Shown here: positions 8,937-18,334 of the stretch, in pieces
Layout of the letters: every line of letters begins with the position of its first letter
How positions within the stretch are numbered: position 1 is the stretch's first letter
Virus record (IMG/VR): IMGVR_UViG_2928819513_000009
Coordinates: 1-64,000 of that record
DNA length: 64,000 bases
Direction: 5' to 3' (one strand)
From: an uncultured virus (IMG/VR IMGVR_UViG_2928819513_000009)
Taxonomy: Duplodnaviria; Heunggongvirae; Uroviricota; Caudoviricetes
Notes under the pieces: generated by a model
Database searches by the model: none
What the model was told of the DNA's origin: nothing
The model's input: only the letters and a program-made list of their open reading frames with translations
Position numbers and translations under genes: made by a program

Positions 8937-10663
8937 TGGCCGGCGCTCGCACTTATGGGGGCCTGCGTCTGGTCGAGAACGGCCGAACCTGGGAACTCGA
9001 CAAGATCGAGCCGCACGTCTCGATCCGGCTGAAGCAGCTTTTCCCCCGGATCCCCAAGGGGGAGATTCCGCCCTACCGTCTGCCGCACACCGACATTCTC
9101 GACGCGGATCTGGACTGGTTCACGACCCGCTATCCGCTGGCCATCACGGATGAGGATTATGCCGCGCTCACCGGCGGCCGGACGGAGTTCGAGCGGAAGC
9201 AGGCGGAGATGGAGCGGATCCTCCTCCCCACCTATCAGCCGCCAGCCGTGCTCGGGCTCCGGGAGGGGGAGATCCAGCGTCTGTATCAGGCGCAGGCGGT
9301 GGCGCTCCTCCAGCGGCGCGGCAAGCTGCTACTGGGTGACGAGGGGGGCTTGGGAAAAACGTACTCGGCGGGCCAGTTCCTGTGCGCAACGCCCGATGCG
9401 CTCCCGGCCGCGGTGGTGTGCGACCCGCACATGCAGAAGCAGTGGAAGGAGAAGCTGGAGACGCACACGAATCTCCGGGTGTGCGTGATCAAGGTCGGGA
9501 CGCCGTTCATCACCAAGGTGGTGAAGGGTGAGCGGGTGTCGGTGCCCTACGAGCTGCCGCCGGCCGATGTCTACGTGTTCCGGATCTCCCAGATCGCGGG
9601 ATGGGCGGAGATCTTCGCCACCGGCCTGTTCCGCTCGGCCATCTACGACGAGCCACAGTCGTTGCGCACGGGCGCCGGCACGGCCAAGGGCCAAGCGGCG
9701 AAGGTGCTGTCGGCAAACGTGATCTACCGATGCGGCCTCACCGCGACGCCGATCTACAATTACGGCACCGAGATGTGGAACGTGATGCAGTTCATCGACG
9801 ACACGGTCCTCGGTGACTGGGACGATTTCCGCCGCGAGTGGTGCAACGATCTGGGCAAGATCCGGGATCCCAAGGCGCTTGGAACTTACCTACGGGAACA
9901 GCACGCCATGCTCCGCCGGCTGAAGGCCGACGTCGGGCTGGAACTGCCGAAGGTGTCGCGCATCGTCGAGCACGTGGAGAACGACGCCGGGGAGCTGCGC
10001 AGCATCGAGGAGTTGGCGCACAAGCTGGCGATCCGCGCGACAACGGGCGCGTTCACCGAGCGCGGCCAAGCCGCCCGTGACCTCGACATGATGGTCAGGC
10101 AGCAGACGGGCATTGCGAAGGCCAAGGCGGTGGCGCAGTTCGTGCGCATGCTGTTGGAAGCCGACGAGCCGGTGGTGCTCTGGGGCTGGCACCGGCAGGT
10201 CTACGAGATCTGGCTCCGGGAGCTCGCCGAGTTCCATCCGGCCATGTACACGGGATCGGAAACCGCATCGGCCAAGTGCAAGAGCCTGGACGCCTTCCTG
10301 GCGGGCGAGACGGATCTCCTCATCATGTCGTTGCGCTCCGGCGCCGGTGTCGATGGGCTCCAGCATCGCTGCTCCACCGGCGTCTTCGGTGAGCTCGACT
10401 GGTCCCCCGGCATTCACCAGCAGTGTGTTTGGCGCCTGGACCGCGACGGCCAGAAGAATCCCGTCACCGCCTTCTTCCTGGTGACCGACGACGGGAGCGA
10501 CCCGCCCATCATGGAAGTGCTCGGAATCAAGGCCAGCGAGGCGCAGGGCGTCGTTGACCCGCACCTGGGGGTGCAGCAGGTCGACACGGACATGTCGAAC
10601 GTCCGGAAGCTGGTGGAACGGTATCTCGACAAGAAGCGCAGCAGCGCGAAGGAGGCGGCATGA
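8936..10663 (+). CDS. SNF2-like SF2 helicase
   Basis: GDEGGLGKT, YDEPQ, LTATP, GAGVDGLQ, QCVWRLDRDGQ helicase motifs. Confidence 0.9.
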   Translation: MAGARTYGGLRLVENGRTWELDKIEPHVSIRLKQLFPRIPKGEIPPYRLPHTDILDADLDWFTTRYPLAITDEDYAALTGGRTEFERKQAEMERILLPTYQPPAVLGLREGEIQRLYQAQAVALLQRRGKLLLGDEGGLGKTYSAGQFLCATPDALPAAVVCDPHMQKQWKEKLETHTNLRVCVIKVGTPFITKVVKGERVSVPYELPPADVYVFRISQIAGWAEIFATGLFRSAIYDEPQSLRTGAGTAKGQAAKVLSANVIYRCGLTATPIYNYGTEMWNVMQFIDDTVLGDWDDFRREWCNDLGKIRDPKALGTYLREQHAMLRRLKADVGLELPKVSRIVEHVENDAGELRSIEELAHKLAIRATTGAFTERGQAARDLDMMVRQQTGIAKAKAVAQFVRMLLEADEPVVLWGWHRQVYEIWLRELAEFHPAMYTGSETASAKCKSLDAFLAGETDLLIMSLRSGAGVDGLQHRCSTGVFGELDWSPGIHQQCVWRLDRDGQKNPVTAFFLVTDDGSDPPIMEVLGIKASEAQGVVDPHLGVQQVDTDMSNVRKLVERYLDKKRSSAKEAA

Positions 10664-11862
10664 ACCGCGCACAATCCACCCTCTGGGACGACATGCGGAC
10701 CACGCTGTCCGATGCCATCGACCTCACGGCGCAGAGCCTGTGCGCCTACGGCCCCCAGCACGAGCATTGGGCGATCGCCTACAGCGGGGGCAAGGACAGC
10801 TCGGCGACGCTGACTGTTATCATGCACCTGATCGAGACCGGGCGTGTGCCGGCCCCGAAGTCGCTGACGGTCGTCTACGCCGACACGCGGATGGAACTGA
10901 TCCCGCTGGCTCACGCCGCGCAGCAGATCATGGCGCATCTCCGCGCCCGCGGCATCGATGTCCGGATCGCCGTAGCGCCCATGGACCTGCGCCTGCTGGT
11001 TTACATGCTCGGGAGGGGCGTGCCGCCGCCCTCGAACTCGTTCCGTTGGTGCACCCGCCAGATCAAGGTGGAGCCGATGCAGGAGGTGTTGGCGAACATG
11101 CTGTTCAGCACGCCCGGCACAATCCTGATGCTAACCGGAGTCCGTGTCGGCGAGAGCGCCCAGCGTGACGCCCGGATCGCGCTCTCCTGCGGCAAGGACG
11201 GCGCCGAATGCGGTCAGGGCTGGTACCAGGAAGTGCTGCCCGAAGCGCCCGGCATCCGGGGGCGGATCGCGACGCTCGCGCCGATCCTGCACTGGCGGGT
11301 GTGCCAAGTCTGGGACTGGCTGATGTTCGAGGCCCCGGCGCTGGGCTGGCCGACCACCGACATCGCCGTGGCCTACGGCGGAGATGAGGCGGCGGAGATC
11401 AACGCCCGCACCGGCTGCACCGGCTGCGCCCTGGCCAGCCGGGACGTCGCGCTTGAGACGGTAATTCGGTCTCTGCTCTGGGCTTACCTCACGCCGTTGA
11501 TGGGCCTGAAGCCGCTGTACCGTGAACTGCGCCTCCCGAAGTGGCGGCTGCGCAAGACGGGGCTGGACGCGGACGGAGCGGTCGCCACCGGCAAGAACAA
11601 GCAGCGCATGGGCCCCCTCACGCTGGACGCACGGCGGATGGGTCTGGAGCGAGTGCTGGGCATCCAGAACGAATGCAACGAGGCGGCAACCCGGCTCGGC
11701 CGCCCACTGGTCGACCTGATCAACCCGGAAGAGGAGAGCCGGATCCGCGAGCTGATCGCCGCGGAGACGTGGCCGCAAGGCTGGGATGGCGACGAGCCGA
11801 CCGGTGACGTGCCGCTGGACACGGTCTACGCCGACGGCCTGATCCAGAAGCTGCTGGTCTGA
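10660..11862 (+). CDS. PAPS reductase-family (DndC-like) protein
   Basis: AYSGGKDS PP-loop, YADT, RWCT, TGVRxGES, RTGCTGC. Confidence 0.88.
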   Translation: MNRAQSTLWDDMRTTLSDAIDLTAQSLCAYGPQHEHWAIAYSGGKDSSATLTVIMHLIETGRVPAPKSLTVVYADTRMELIPLAHAAQQIMAHLRARGIDVRIAVAPMDLRLLVYMLGRGVPPPSNSFRWCTRQIKVEPMQEVLANMLFSTPGTILMLTGVRVGESAQRDARIALSCGKDGAECGQGWYQEVLPEAPGIRGRIATLAPILHWRVCQVWDWLMFEAPALGWPTTDIAVAYGGDEAAEINARTGCTGCALASRDVALETVIRSLLWAYLTPLMGLKPLYRELRLPKWRLRKTGLDADGAVATGKNKQRMGPLTLDARRMGLERVLGIQNECNEAATRLGRPLVDLINPEEESRIRELIAAETWPQGWDGDEPTGDVPLDTVYADGLIQKLLV

Positions 11863-11873
11863 GGAGAGCCCGC

Positions 11874-12056
11874 ATGACCAGAGCCCACGACATCGCCGTA
11901 GAGCACTGCCTCACCATGAAGCTTGCCGGCCTGAAGCCGTGCGACGTCCTCGCGCCGATCGGCTTCCCCCACAACCCCCAGACCAGTTGGGATGCGGCCG
12001 TCCGGCTGGTGGCCCGCGCCTGGTCGAAACTCGACACCAAGAGGTCTGCATCATGA
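11874..12056 (+). CDS. Hypothetical protein
   Basis: GAGGAG RBS, ATGA overlap with next gene. Confidence 0.5.
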   Translation: MTRAHDIAVEHCLTMKLAGLKPCDVLAPIGFPHNPQTSWDAAVRLVARAWSKLDTKRSAS

Positions 12057-13012
12057 CGGCCGAGCAGCAGCAGGAGAAGAAGCGGCATCCGTGGTTGAAG
12101 TGGTATCCGGCCGATTGGCGCCAGGAGATCACGCTCCGCACATGCAGCCGGGCGGCGCGGTCTCTGTGGCTCGACATGCTCGGCCTGATGCATGAGTCGG
12201 CCGTGCGTGGTCACCTTCTCATCAACGGTGTGGCGCCGGACGTCATGACTCTGGCCGATGCTCTGGGGGATTCGCCGCGGGACATTCGCCGCTGGCTGGA
12301 TGAACTGGAGTTGAAAGGGGTTTTCAGCCGCCTTGAAGATGGGACCATCATCTCCCGGCGCATGGTCCGCGACACCGCGAAGGCGGCGCGCGACAAGGCG
12401 AACGGCAAGACCGGCGGCAACCCCAAGCTTAAGGCTTCCGATAACCCCGAGGGGCCGAAGGGGGATAAGGAGGGGGTTAACCCCCAGGATAAAGCCCATA
12501 TGCCAGAGGCCAGAATCCAGAATGTTGTTGTTCCGGCGGATGCCGAAACCAACAACAACGGATCGGATTTGATCGAGGCATTCGATGCTGCGCTTATCGC
12601 CACGTGGGGCGAGAGAGCGCGTCGGAGGAAGCCGCACGCCACCGACGCCAAGACTGCGCGCCAGTGGGCAGCAGACGGCCTGACCACGAGCATGGCGGCC
12701 GAGGTGTTCCGGATCCACTGCGGGAAGATGCAGGAACGGGGCACCGCGCGTTTGCCCTGGAGCCTCAAAGTCTTCGAGGACGATGTGCGCGGGGCCTTGG
12801 CCGCCGCCGCTGCGCGCCCGGTCGCCGCTGCATCGGGTGAGCGGCGCGAGAGCGATGACCGTGCTCGGTGGCGCTCTCGGCTGACGGGCTATGCCGCCGG
12901 CAGCCCCTGGGTGACCGGGTGGGGGCCGAAGCCGGGAGAGCGCGGCTGCGATGCGCCGGCGGATCTCGTTGCCGAGATCCTCGGCGACCTGCGCCAGGAA
13001 GTCGCGCTCTGA
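12053..13012 (+). CDS. Phage replication initiator (DUF1376/YdaU-like N-terminus)
   Basis: PWLKWYPADW...ARSLWLDMLGLMHE...SRRMVRD...NGKTGGNP pattern with low-complexity central linker. Confidence 0.7.
   Translation: MTAEQQQEKKRHPWLKWYPADWRQEITLRTCSRAARSLWLDMLGLMHESAVRGHLLINGVAPDVMTLADALGDSPRDIRRWLDELELKGVFSRLEDGTIISRRMVRDTAKAARDKANGKTGGNPKLKASDNPEGPKGDKEGVNPQDKAHMPEARIQNVVVPADAETNNNGSDLIEAFDAALIATWGERARRRKPHATDAKTARQWAADGLTTSMAAEVFRIHCGKMQERGTARLPWSLKVFEDDVRGALAAAAARPVAAASGERRESDDRARWRSRLTGYAAGSPWVTGWGPKPGERGCDAPADLVAEILGDLRQEVAL
12417..12522. other. Candidate replication origin (iteron-like) inside the initiator gene
   Basis: Perfect palindrome GGGGGTTAACCCCC at 12472-12485, GATAA/AACCCC half-sites, and CCAGA x3. 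Confidence 0.4.
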
Positions 13013-13575
13013 TGGCCAAGCGGCAATCTCCCTTCCGTGTCGAGTGCGCCCAGTGCGGCGCGACCGATCTGTTCATGCCGGGGTCCCTGACAGCGGGATG
13101 GACGCCGGTCCACGCCCAGGCGGAGGCGAAGGGCTGGTCAGGGCTGCGCGCCCGTCCTCTCTGCCCGTTGTGCACCGCCTCGGCCAACCGTTCGGCAACC
13201 TCCCCCACCACGAAACCCCCGGCATGCGCTGCGCGGCCGGCGATGACGCAGGAGAACACGATGGGCACGAATCCCGCCGGCAGCAAGGCGGAGACTGCGC
13301 AGGTCCGGGAGCCGTCGCTGGCCGAGACGGCGACGATCTTTAAGAAGCTGGACGAGGTCTTTGAGCGCGGTCGCTATCTCGACCGGTGGTCGGATCGCAA
13401 GGTCGGGGAAGCGCTGAATCTCCCCTGGGCATTGGTCGCCAAGGTGCGCGAGCAGCTGCTGGGCCCGCTCAAGGAGGACCCGGCAATCACCGCTTTGCGC
13501 AGTGAGGTCGAGCAGCTCGAAGAGATGGTCCTGGAGGTGAAGGAAAAGCTCCGGGTGATGTCGGCGGCGGCCTGA
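13012..13575 (+). CDS. Hypothetical protein (CxxC N-terminus, HTH-like C-terminus)
   Basis: TGATG coupling; WSDRKVGEALNLPWALVAKVREQLLG followed by coiled coil. Confidence 0.6.
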   Translation: MAKRQSPFRVECAQCGATDLFMPGSLTAGWTPVHAQAEAKGWSGLRARPLCPLCTASANRSATSPTTKPPACAARPAMTQENTMGTNPAGSKAETAQVREPSLAETATIFKKLDEVFERGRYLDRWSDRKVGEALNLPWALVAKVREQLLGPLKEDPAITALRSEVEQLEEMVLEVKEKLRVMSAAA

Positions 13576-13688
13576 GCGTAAACGAAAACCGCCGCCCGGC
13601 TGGTCCCCGGAGCGGCGGTGAATTCGTAAACAACATCCACGTTGGAAATTATCCAAAAGCACAACCTAAGTCAACGTGGGGGTAATCC

Positions 13689-14285
13689 ATGAGTGCGGTT
13701 CCTGCGAGCAAGCCTCGGTCCGAACGCGCAAGCCGTCGCGCGATGATGCCGATCTCCACCGACATGGGAACGCCGGAGCGGGCGCTTCGGTCGGAGGGGA
13801 TTGTCGTCGAGGCGCGGTCGATCTCTTCCGGCGGGATGATCCTCGCCGAGGGCGCTCGGGTGAAGGCGGAGAACGGGCTGGAACGGCTGTTCCTCCGCTG
13901 CCAGATCGTCGACCGTCAGTTCCAGGCGGGGATGCGGTTTCGTGCCCTGTTCGCCCAGGCTGCCATGCCGGCGCAGATGACGAGCAGCTACGGTCAGCGC
14001 CGCGGGGGCGGCGGCGGACGGGAGGAGGAGGCTGACGCGCGGAACACGATGCGCAAGGCGATGGTGGGGGCGAAGCTCGCCGTCGAGCGGAAGGACGGCC
14101 AGCCGCTGCGCCTCACCACCACAGGGGAGACGCTGCAGCCTGTCGGTGGGGGCGTGTGCGTCACGCCGGCCGGCGCCGCGGTGATGGAAGCGGCCGGGCT
14201 GGACGGGGATAGGTATCGGCTTCAGGATCTCCGCGCTGGGCTCAGCGCTTTGGCGGACTACTGGCGGATCGAGACAGAAGACTGA
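13689..14285 (+). CDS. Late-gene regulator/antiterminator Q-like protein
   Basis: LERLFLRCQIVDRQFQAGMRF...LRAGLSALADYW; last gene of the early arm. Confidence 0.55.
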   Translation: MSAVPASKPRSERASRRAMMPISTDMGTPERALRSEGIVVEARSISSGGMILAEGARVKAENGLERLFLRCQIVDRQFQAGMRFRALFAQAAMPAQMTSSYGQRRGGGGGREEEADARNTMRKAMVGAKLAVERKDGQPLRLTTTGETLQPVGGGVCVTPAGAAVMEAAGLDGDRYRLQDLRAGLSALADYWRIETED

Positions 14286-14367
14286 ACGGAACGGGGCCGG
14301 GCGGCGGGGAAACATCCCCGCGCCAAGCCGGGTGCGGTAGTAACTGGAATGTCGAAGGGGAATGTGA

Positions 14368-14847
14368 GTGGCGAAATTCATGTTGGGCACGTTCTGGTAT
14401 CGGGAAACGCTCGCCCTGGCCCAACGGCTGCACGACGGCCAGACCGATAAGGCGGGTGAGCCCTATTGGCGGCATCTGGAGCGGGTCGCGCAGCGGCTGG
14501 TGGAGCGGTTCCCCGACGCGACGAAGGCCCAGGTCCAGGCCGCCTTACTGCACGACGCGATCGAGGACGCCGGGGTGTCCGCCGAAGACCTCCGCGCCGC
14601 GGGGATCGAGGAGGAGGCCATCGTCGCGATCCAACTGGTCAGCCGGAACCTGGGCCCGGCGGGCAGCTATCTGGAATGGATCGGCCGGATCGCCGCCAGC
14701 GGGAATGTCACGGCGATCCGGGTCAAGCTGGCCGACAACCTGGACAACAGTGATCCCGCCCGGGTTGCTGCCCTCCCCGCCGGCCCCCGGATGGTCGCCG
14801 AGAAATATGCCCCGGCGCGGGCGATCCTTGAGCGTGCGTTGCGATGA
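14368..14847 (+). CDS. Stand-alone HD hydrolase of RelA/SpoT-hydrolase (Mesh1/SAH) type
   Basis: HDGQTDKAGEPYWRH, ALLHDAIED, VKLADNLDN. Confidence 0.85.
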   Translation: MAKFMLGTFWYRETLALAQRLHDGQTDKAGEPYWRHLERVAQRLVERFPDATKAQVQAALLHDAIEDAGVSAEDLRAAGIEEEAIVAIQLVSRNLGPAGSYLEWIGRIAASGNVTAIRVKLADNLDNSDPARVAALPAGPRMVAEKYAPARAILERALR

Positions 14848-15095
14848 GCCGGAGAGCGAAGGTTCCCAGTGCGGCCCAAGCCAAGCGGATCGCCTATCTG
14901 TGGGGCGGAGGCAAGTCGTTTCCACATTACGCGACGTTGAACGCAACGAATGACGTTCTGGTCAGAGAGGGGTGGGTGGAGTCCGTGGGGGAGGAGATCA
15001 CCTTTCCCAATGGGGCAAAGGGCGCCGTCTACGCTGTCAGCGCGGCGGGGGTAGAAGCTCTGGGGGCTTTCCTGGCGTCGCGGCGACCGGACTGA
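14844..15095 (+). CDS. Hypothetical protein
   Basis: ATGA-coupled ORF. Confidence 0.5.
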   Translation: MSRRAKVPSAAQAKRIAYLWGGGKSFPHYATLNATNDVLVREGWVESVGEEITFPNGAKGAVYAVSAAGVEALGAFLASRRPD

Positions 15096-15104
15096 GGAGG
15101 CAAC

Positions 15105-15374
15105 ATGGCGGTCTACGTCGACAAGCAGCGCAACCGCTACCGGGGGATGGTCATGTGCCACATGCTGGCTGACACACTGGAGGAGCTGCACGCGATGGCC
15201 GACAGAATCGGTATGCGGCGGGAGTGGTTCCAGGGTGATGCCTCCACGCCGCACTATGACGTGTGCCTCACCCGTCGTTCACTCGCAATTCAGTATGGCG
15301 CGGTGGAGATTGGCCGGCGGGAAACCGTCGCGTTGATACGACGGCTCCGTCTATTACGCTACGTCAGTGCCTGA
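15105..15374 (+). CDS. DUF4031 family protein
   Basis: MAVYVD...[27 protein letters not shown]...HYD. Confidence 0.88.
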   Translation: MAVYVDKQRNRYRGMVMCHMLADTLEELHAMADRIGMRREWFQGDASTPHYDVCLTRRSLAIQYGAVEIGRRETVALIRRLRLLRYVSA

Positions 15375-15388
15375 TCAAGTGGCGAGCT

Positions 15389-16168
15389 TCAGAAGAGGCT
15401 GCCCGGCAGAACCTCGATTGCCTCCACCACGATGGTTTCGCCGCGCTTCTCGCCGGTGACCTTGAGTACCCGACCATGGTAACCCTCGGCCTGCCCCCTG
15501 CTGAGCGGAGGGGAGGTTCGCCACGATCCGCCCCATTCATGAGGTGGCGCCCCTGTTCCCATGAGGTCGTATTCGAGGAACAGCGGACGGTCGAGATTGC
15601 GAAGGGATACGCTGGCAAGCCAACTGCCGTGCATTTCCTCCGCGGGCACCTGCTCGACCTCCTCAACCGGCCACACGTCCTCCGGAAATCCGGAGCGCAG
15701 AGCTTCTGCGGCGCCCGGAATGGCGTCGCGGTCGAAGACCCACCAATCCATCAGCACCCGCGTCGCGCTGTTTGGTGGCAGATCCTCATTCGGGATTCCG
15801 ATGGACGTGCGCATCACCAGTGCGTTTTTGTACAGGACGGCATGGATGGCAAGGATGTGCTGGCCCGACGCCGCTTTCCCCTCCAGGACCGCAGAGGGGG
15901 CGCCACCACTATAGCTGCTCTCCGCTTCGGGCCAGATCGAGGAGGTATTGTCCAGGCAAAGCGGCAAGGCGGCCTGCAGCGCGGCGACGAGCTTCCGCCG
16001 GATAGTGGCATTGGAAATTCTGTAAGTTCGTGTCCCGTCATCAGCAAACCGGAGCGTTACCGCTGCGCGCCCATCTGGCAGCGTCTCCGCAGATACATGG
16101 CGAACATGCGAGCAGAGAATGGCTTCGGTATAGGTGTGGTCGATGAAGTAGACGGGCGAGTGGAACAT
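15389..16168 (-). CDS. Hypothetical protein (orphan)
   Basis: 259-aa ORF with GAGG RBS, opposite orientation to flanking early genes. Confidence 0.55.
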   Translation of the reverse strand: MFHSPVYFIDHTYTEAILCSHVRHVSAETLPDGRAAVTLRFADDGTRTYRISNATIRRKLVAALQAALPLCLDNTSSIWPEAESSYSGGAPSAVLEGKAASGQHILAIHAVLYKNALVMRTSIGIPNEDLPPNSATRVLMDWWVFDRDAIPGAAEALRSGFPEDVWPVEEVEQVPAEEMHGSWLASVSLRNLDRPLFLEYDLMGTGAPPHEWGGSWRTSPPLSRGQAEGYHGRVLKVTGEKRGETIVVEAIEVLPGSLF

Positions 16169-16327
16169 AGGGCCTCACGCTTGAGCAAGTGGGTTGCCGG
16201 CACTGCGGCACTCCGTCGTAAACCACAGCCTAGCACGCCTCGCGTGGCAACTGCGCGCACTCATGCCGCAGCGCTCTGACGGCGGTGACCATGAGCGGCG
16301 TTCGGACATATCGGATTTTCTGGAAAA

Positions 16328-16689
16328 TCAGATGGGGGCTTTGTCCCACGGGCGCAGCCCCGCCAGCCGCTCGACCAGCGCCACCTCGGCCGAGAAATCG
16401 GCCGCTCCGCCGTCGAGGTCCTCGGCGATCTCCTCCGCCAGCTCCCAGATCGGCTCGCGCGGCGTGACGGTTCCCGCGCCGTAGCCGTTGACCACGGCCA
16501 TGGCCATGGCGTGCAGCCGGAGCAGCTGCGCCCGCACCCGCAGCCGGCGCGCTTCCGAAATGTCGTCGCTGCGGTCCACCGCATCGACGGCGCGGAGCAG
16601 GTCGGCGGCGGCGGGAGCGTTCGCGCTTGCAGCCGGTCCAGGGTTTCCTGGTCGACCGGGCCATACCGCGTCTCAATCGTCTTGCTCAT
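16328..16689 (-). pseudogene. Frameshifted TnpC-like (Tn4652-type transposition regulator) gene
   Basis: N-part MSKTIETRYGPVDQETLDRLQA and C-part DLLRAVDAVD...LLRLHAMAMAVVNG...IWELAEEI lie in different frames; shift near 16605-16625. Confidence 0.6.
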
Positions 16690-16740
16690 GCGCTCCCCTT
16701 ATCACATCCGGCCGCAAGCGCGAACGCTCCCGCCGCCGCC
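16604..16740. repeat. 27-bp perfect inverted repeat (16604-16630 / 16714-16740)
   Basis: GGCGGCGGCGGGAGCGTTCGCGCTTGC and its exact reverse complement; 5 more pairs after one mismatch. Confidence 0.95.
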
Positions 16741-17075
16741 TCCCACAGCGCCACCACCCGCTCGCCGGTCCAGCACAGCTGACGGCGCGCCAGCCCGGCC
16801 GCCTCCTCGATGGTGAGCGCGCGCACGGTCACTGTCTCGACGCCATCGCGCCGCAGGATCACCGCGCGCCAGTCCACTTTGTGGGCCTCGCGGTCGGCCG
16901 CCGCCGTCTCGGCCCGGATCTGTGCCGGCGACTTCCACGCCCAGGTCCGGGCGATCAGGTCGGCGCCGGCCTCGGTCAGCGCCCAGCCCTGGCCACCGCG
17001 CGGCCCCGGCGCCGGCACCGCCAGCCCGCGCGCCACCCACGCCGCGGTCAATTCGGCCACGCGCTCCTTGGTCAT
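16686..17075 (-). CDS. Hypothetical protein
   Basis: High GC3 ORF with ATGA overlap into the tnpC-like start. Confidence 0.55.
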   Translation of the reverse strand: MTKERVAELTAAWVARGLAVPAPGPRGGQGWALTEAGADLIARTWAWKSPAQIRAETAAADREAHKVDWRAVILRRDGVETVTVRALTIEEAAGLARRQLCWTGERVVALWEAAAGAFALAAGCDKGSA

Positions 17076-17375
17076 CGGCGTCCGCTGGTCGCGGAACGTC
17101 AGCTGGGCGGCGACGTCGGCCGCTGAGCGCCGCCGCCCTGGTGGCCGTTCTAAGCAGAGGGGACGGGAGGCGCCGCGGCGATATCGCTGGCTGCCGCCTC
17201 TCAGACTGCCCCCCGTTACTTCCGTGGGACCTAGTTCCTACGGCCGAGGTCATCCCCCCTACGGGCTTTCCGGCTATCAAACCAGACTGCCTAGAAAGCT
17301 TCAGACTGGACACCAGATTCAGAATCGTACCGCCGGACGGTGCTTTGTCCGGCGGTCGATCCCGCAACCCCAAAA

Positions 17376-17468
17376 GTGGAGACCACGACGCTCGACATCG
17401 CGGTAAGCCTGCGCGTCCGCCTGCGCGTTCGCCGCTGGACGCTCACCGTCAGCTTCGGCCGCCGGTGA
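17376..17468 (+). CDS. Small basic peptide METTTLDIAVSLRVRLRVRRWTLTVSFGRR (possible type I toxin-like)
   Basis: 30-codon ORF between a 10-bp hairpin (17329-17356) and a 13-bp hairpin (17474-17505). Confidence 0.4.
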   Translation: METTTLDIAVSLRVRLRVRRWTLTVSFGRR

Positions 17469-17619
17469 GCGACAACGGGAGCGGTGTTCGCCCACCGCTC
17501 CCGTTCCTTGATGTCGTTCCGAAAGACGCCGTTGCAAGGCGGCGTCTGGCCATCCGCCGAGCCCCCCCCGAACGCCCGGCATATGCGCCTCAGCACCAGA
17601 GACCTCGGCCCTCGCCCGA

Positions 17620-17928
17620 TCAGTCGATCAGGCTGCCCTCGACCTGTTGCACCACAGCCGCGTTGACAGCGATGCAGTCGCCTGTTGCGCGGCTGTCCGC
17701 CCCGAGCGTCAGCCAGTACACGGAGGGAAAGGCGCCGGCCGTGGCGTTGAACAGATGCACCACCAGCTTTCCGTCGGCGCTGATGGCTTCGCACTGGCCG
17801 GTGACGTGCCCGCCCCCCGGGTTGGTAGCCGAAAAGGTTCCATCGTCGAATTCCACCTTCACAGTCCAGGGGTGGGGGTGTCCCGGCGTGCGCGTGGTAC
17901 CTTCGAAACGCTTCCACATGATGGACAT
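17620..17928 (-). CDS. Hypothetical protein
   Basis: GGAGAGGA RBS before MSIMWKRF. Confidence 0.65.
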   Translation of the reverse strand: MSIMWKRFEGTTRTPGHPHPWTVKVEFDDGTFSATNPGGGHVTGQCEAISADGKLVVHLFNATAGAFPSVYWLTLGADSRATGDCIAVNAAVVQQVEGSLID

Positions 17929-18334
17929 GGACGTTTCCTCTCCGCTGTTCGCGTGCGGCGTGATCGCGCACGCACTCACCATTGTCCTGAATGCAACGTT
18001 TCCTCCGCAAAGGTTTATCTTGGGTCACCAATAGCCAATTCTGCCTAGTACGGCTTAGGTGTTTTTCCGTTTTCGGCGGTTCCGCCGCGCCCGGCACTCC
18101 ATTCGTTGGGTTGGGTCTTCACGACTCACAACCCGACTGGCGAATGCCGCGACGGGCGCCGGAGCGGCCTTGCCCCCTACCAGACGAGGCGACTGGCGGG
18201 GCGGCAGAACGCGGGCTCGAACGCGACGCTGTTCGAGGCGAGGCTGGCGGCGTTCTGGCTGTTGTCGATGTTGATGCGGTAGGGCTCCGGGTCGCCGATC
18301 AGCGCCGTGACGAAGTCGTTGGCGATCACATAAG

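Noticed and set aside
10660..11862. Complete Dnd phosphorothioation system or sulfate-assimilation cysH
   Set aside because: No dndA/B/D/E or cys partners visible; only a family-level call is justified
13637..13679. CCACGTTG...CAACGTGG inverted repeat upstream of the Q-like gene
   Set aside because: Only 8 bp with a long spacer and a single occurrence; too weak to call
15263..16279. 338-aa plus-strand ORF
   Set aside because: Arg-rich, no RBS, overlaps DUF4031 and the better-supported minus-strand ORF
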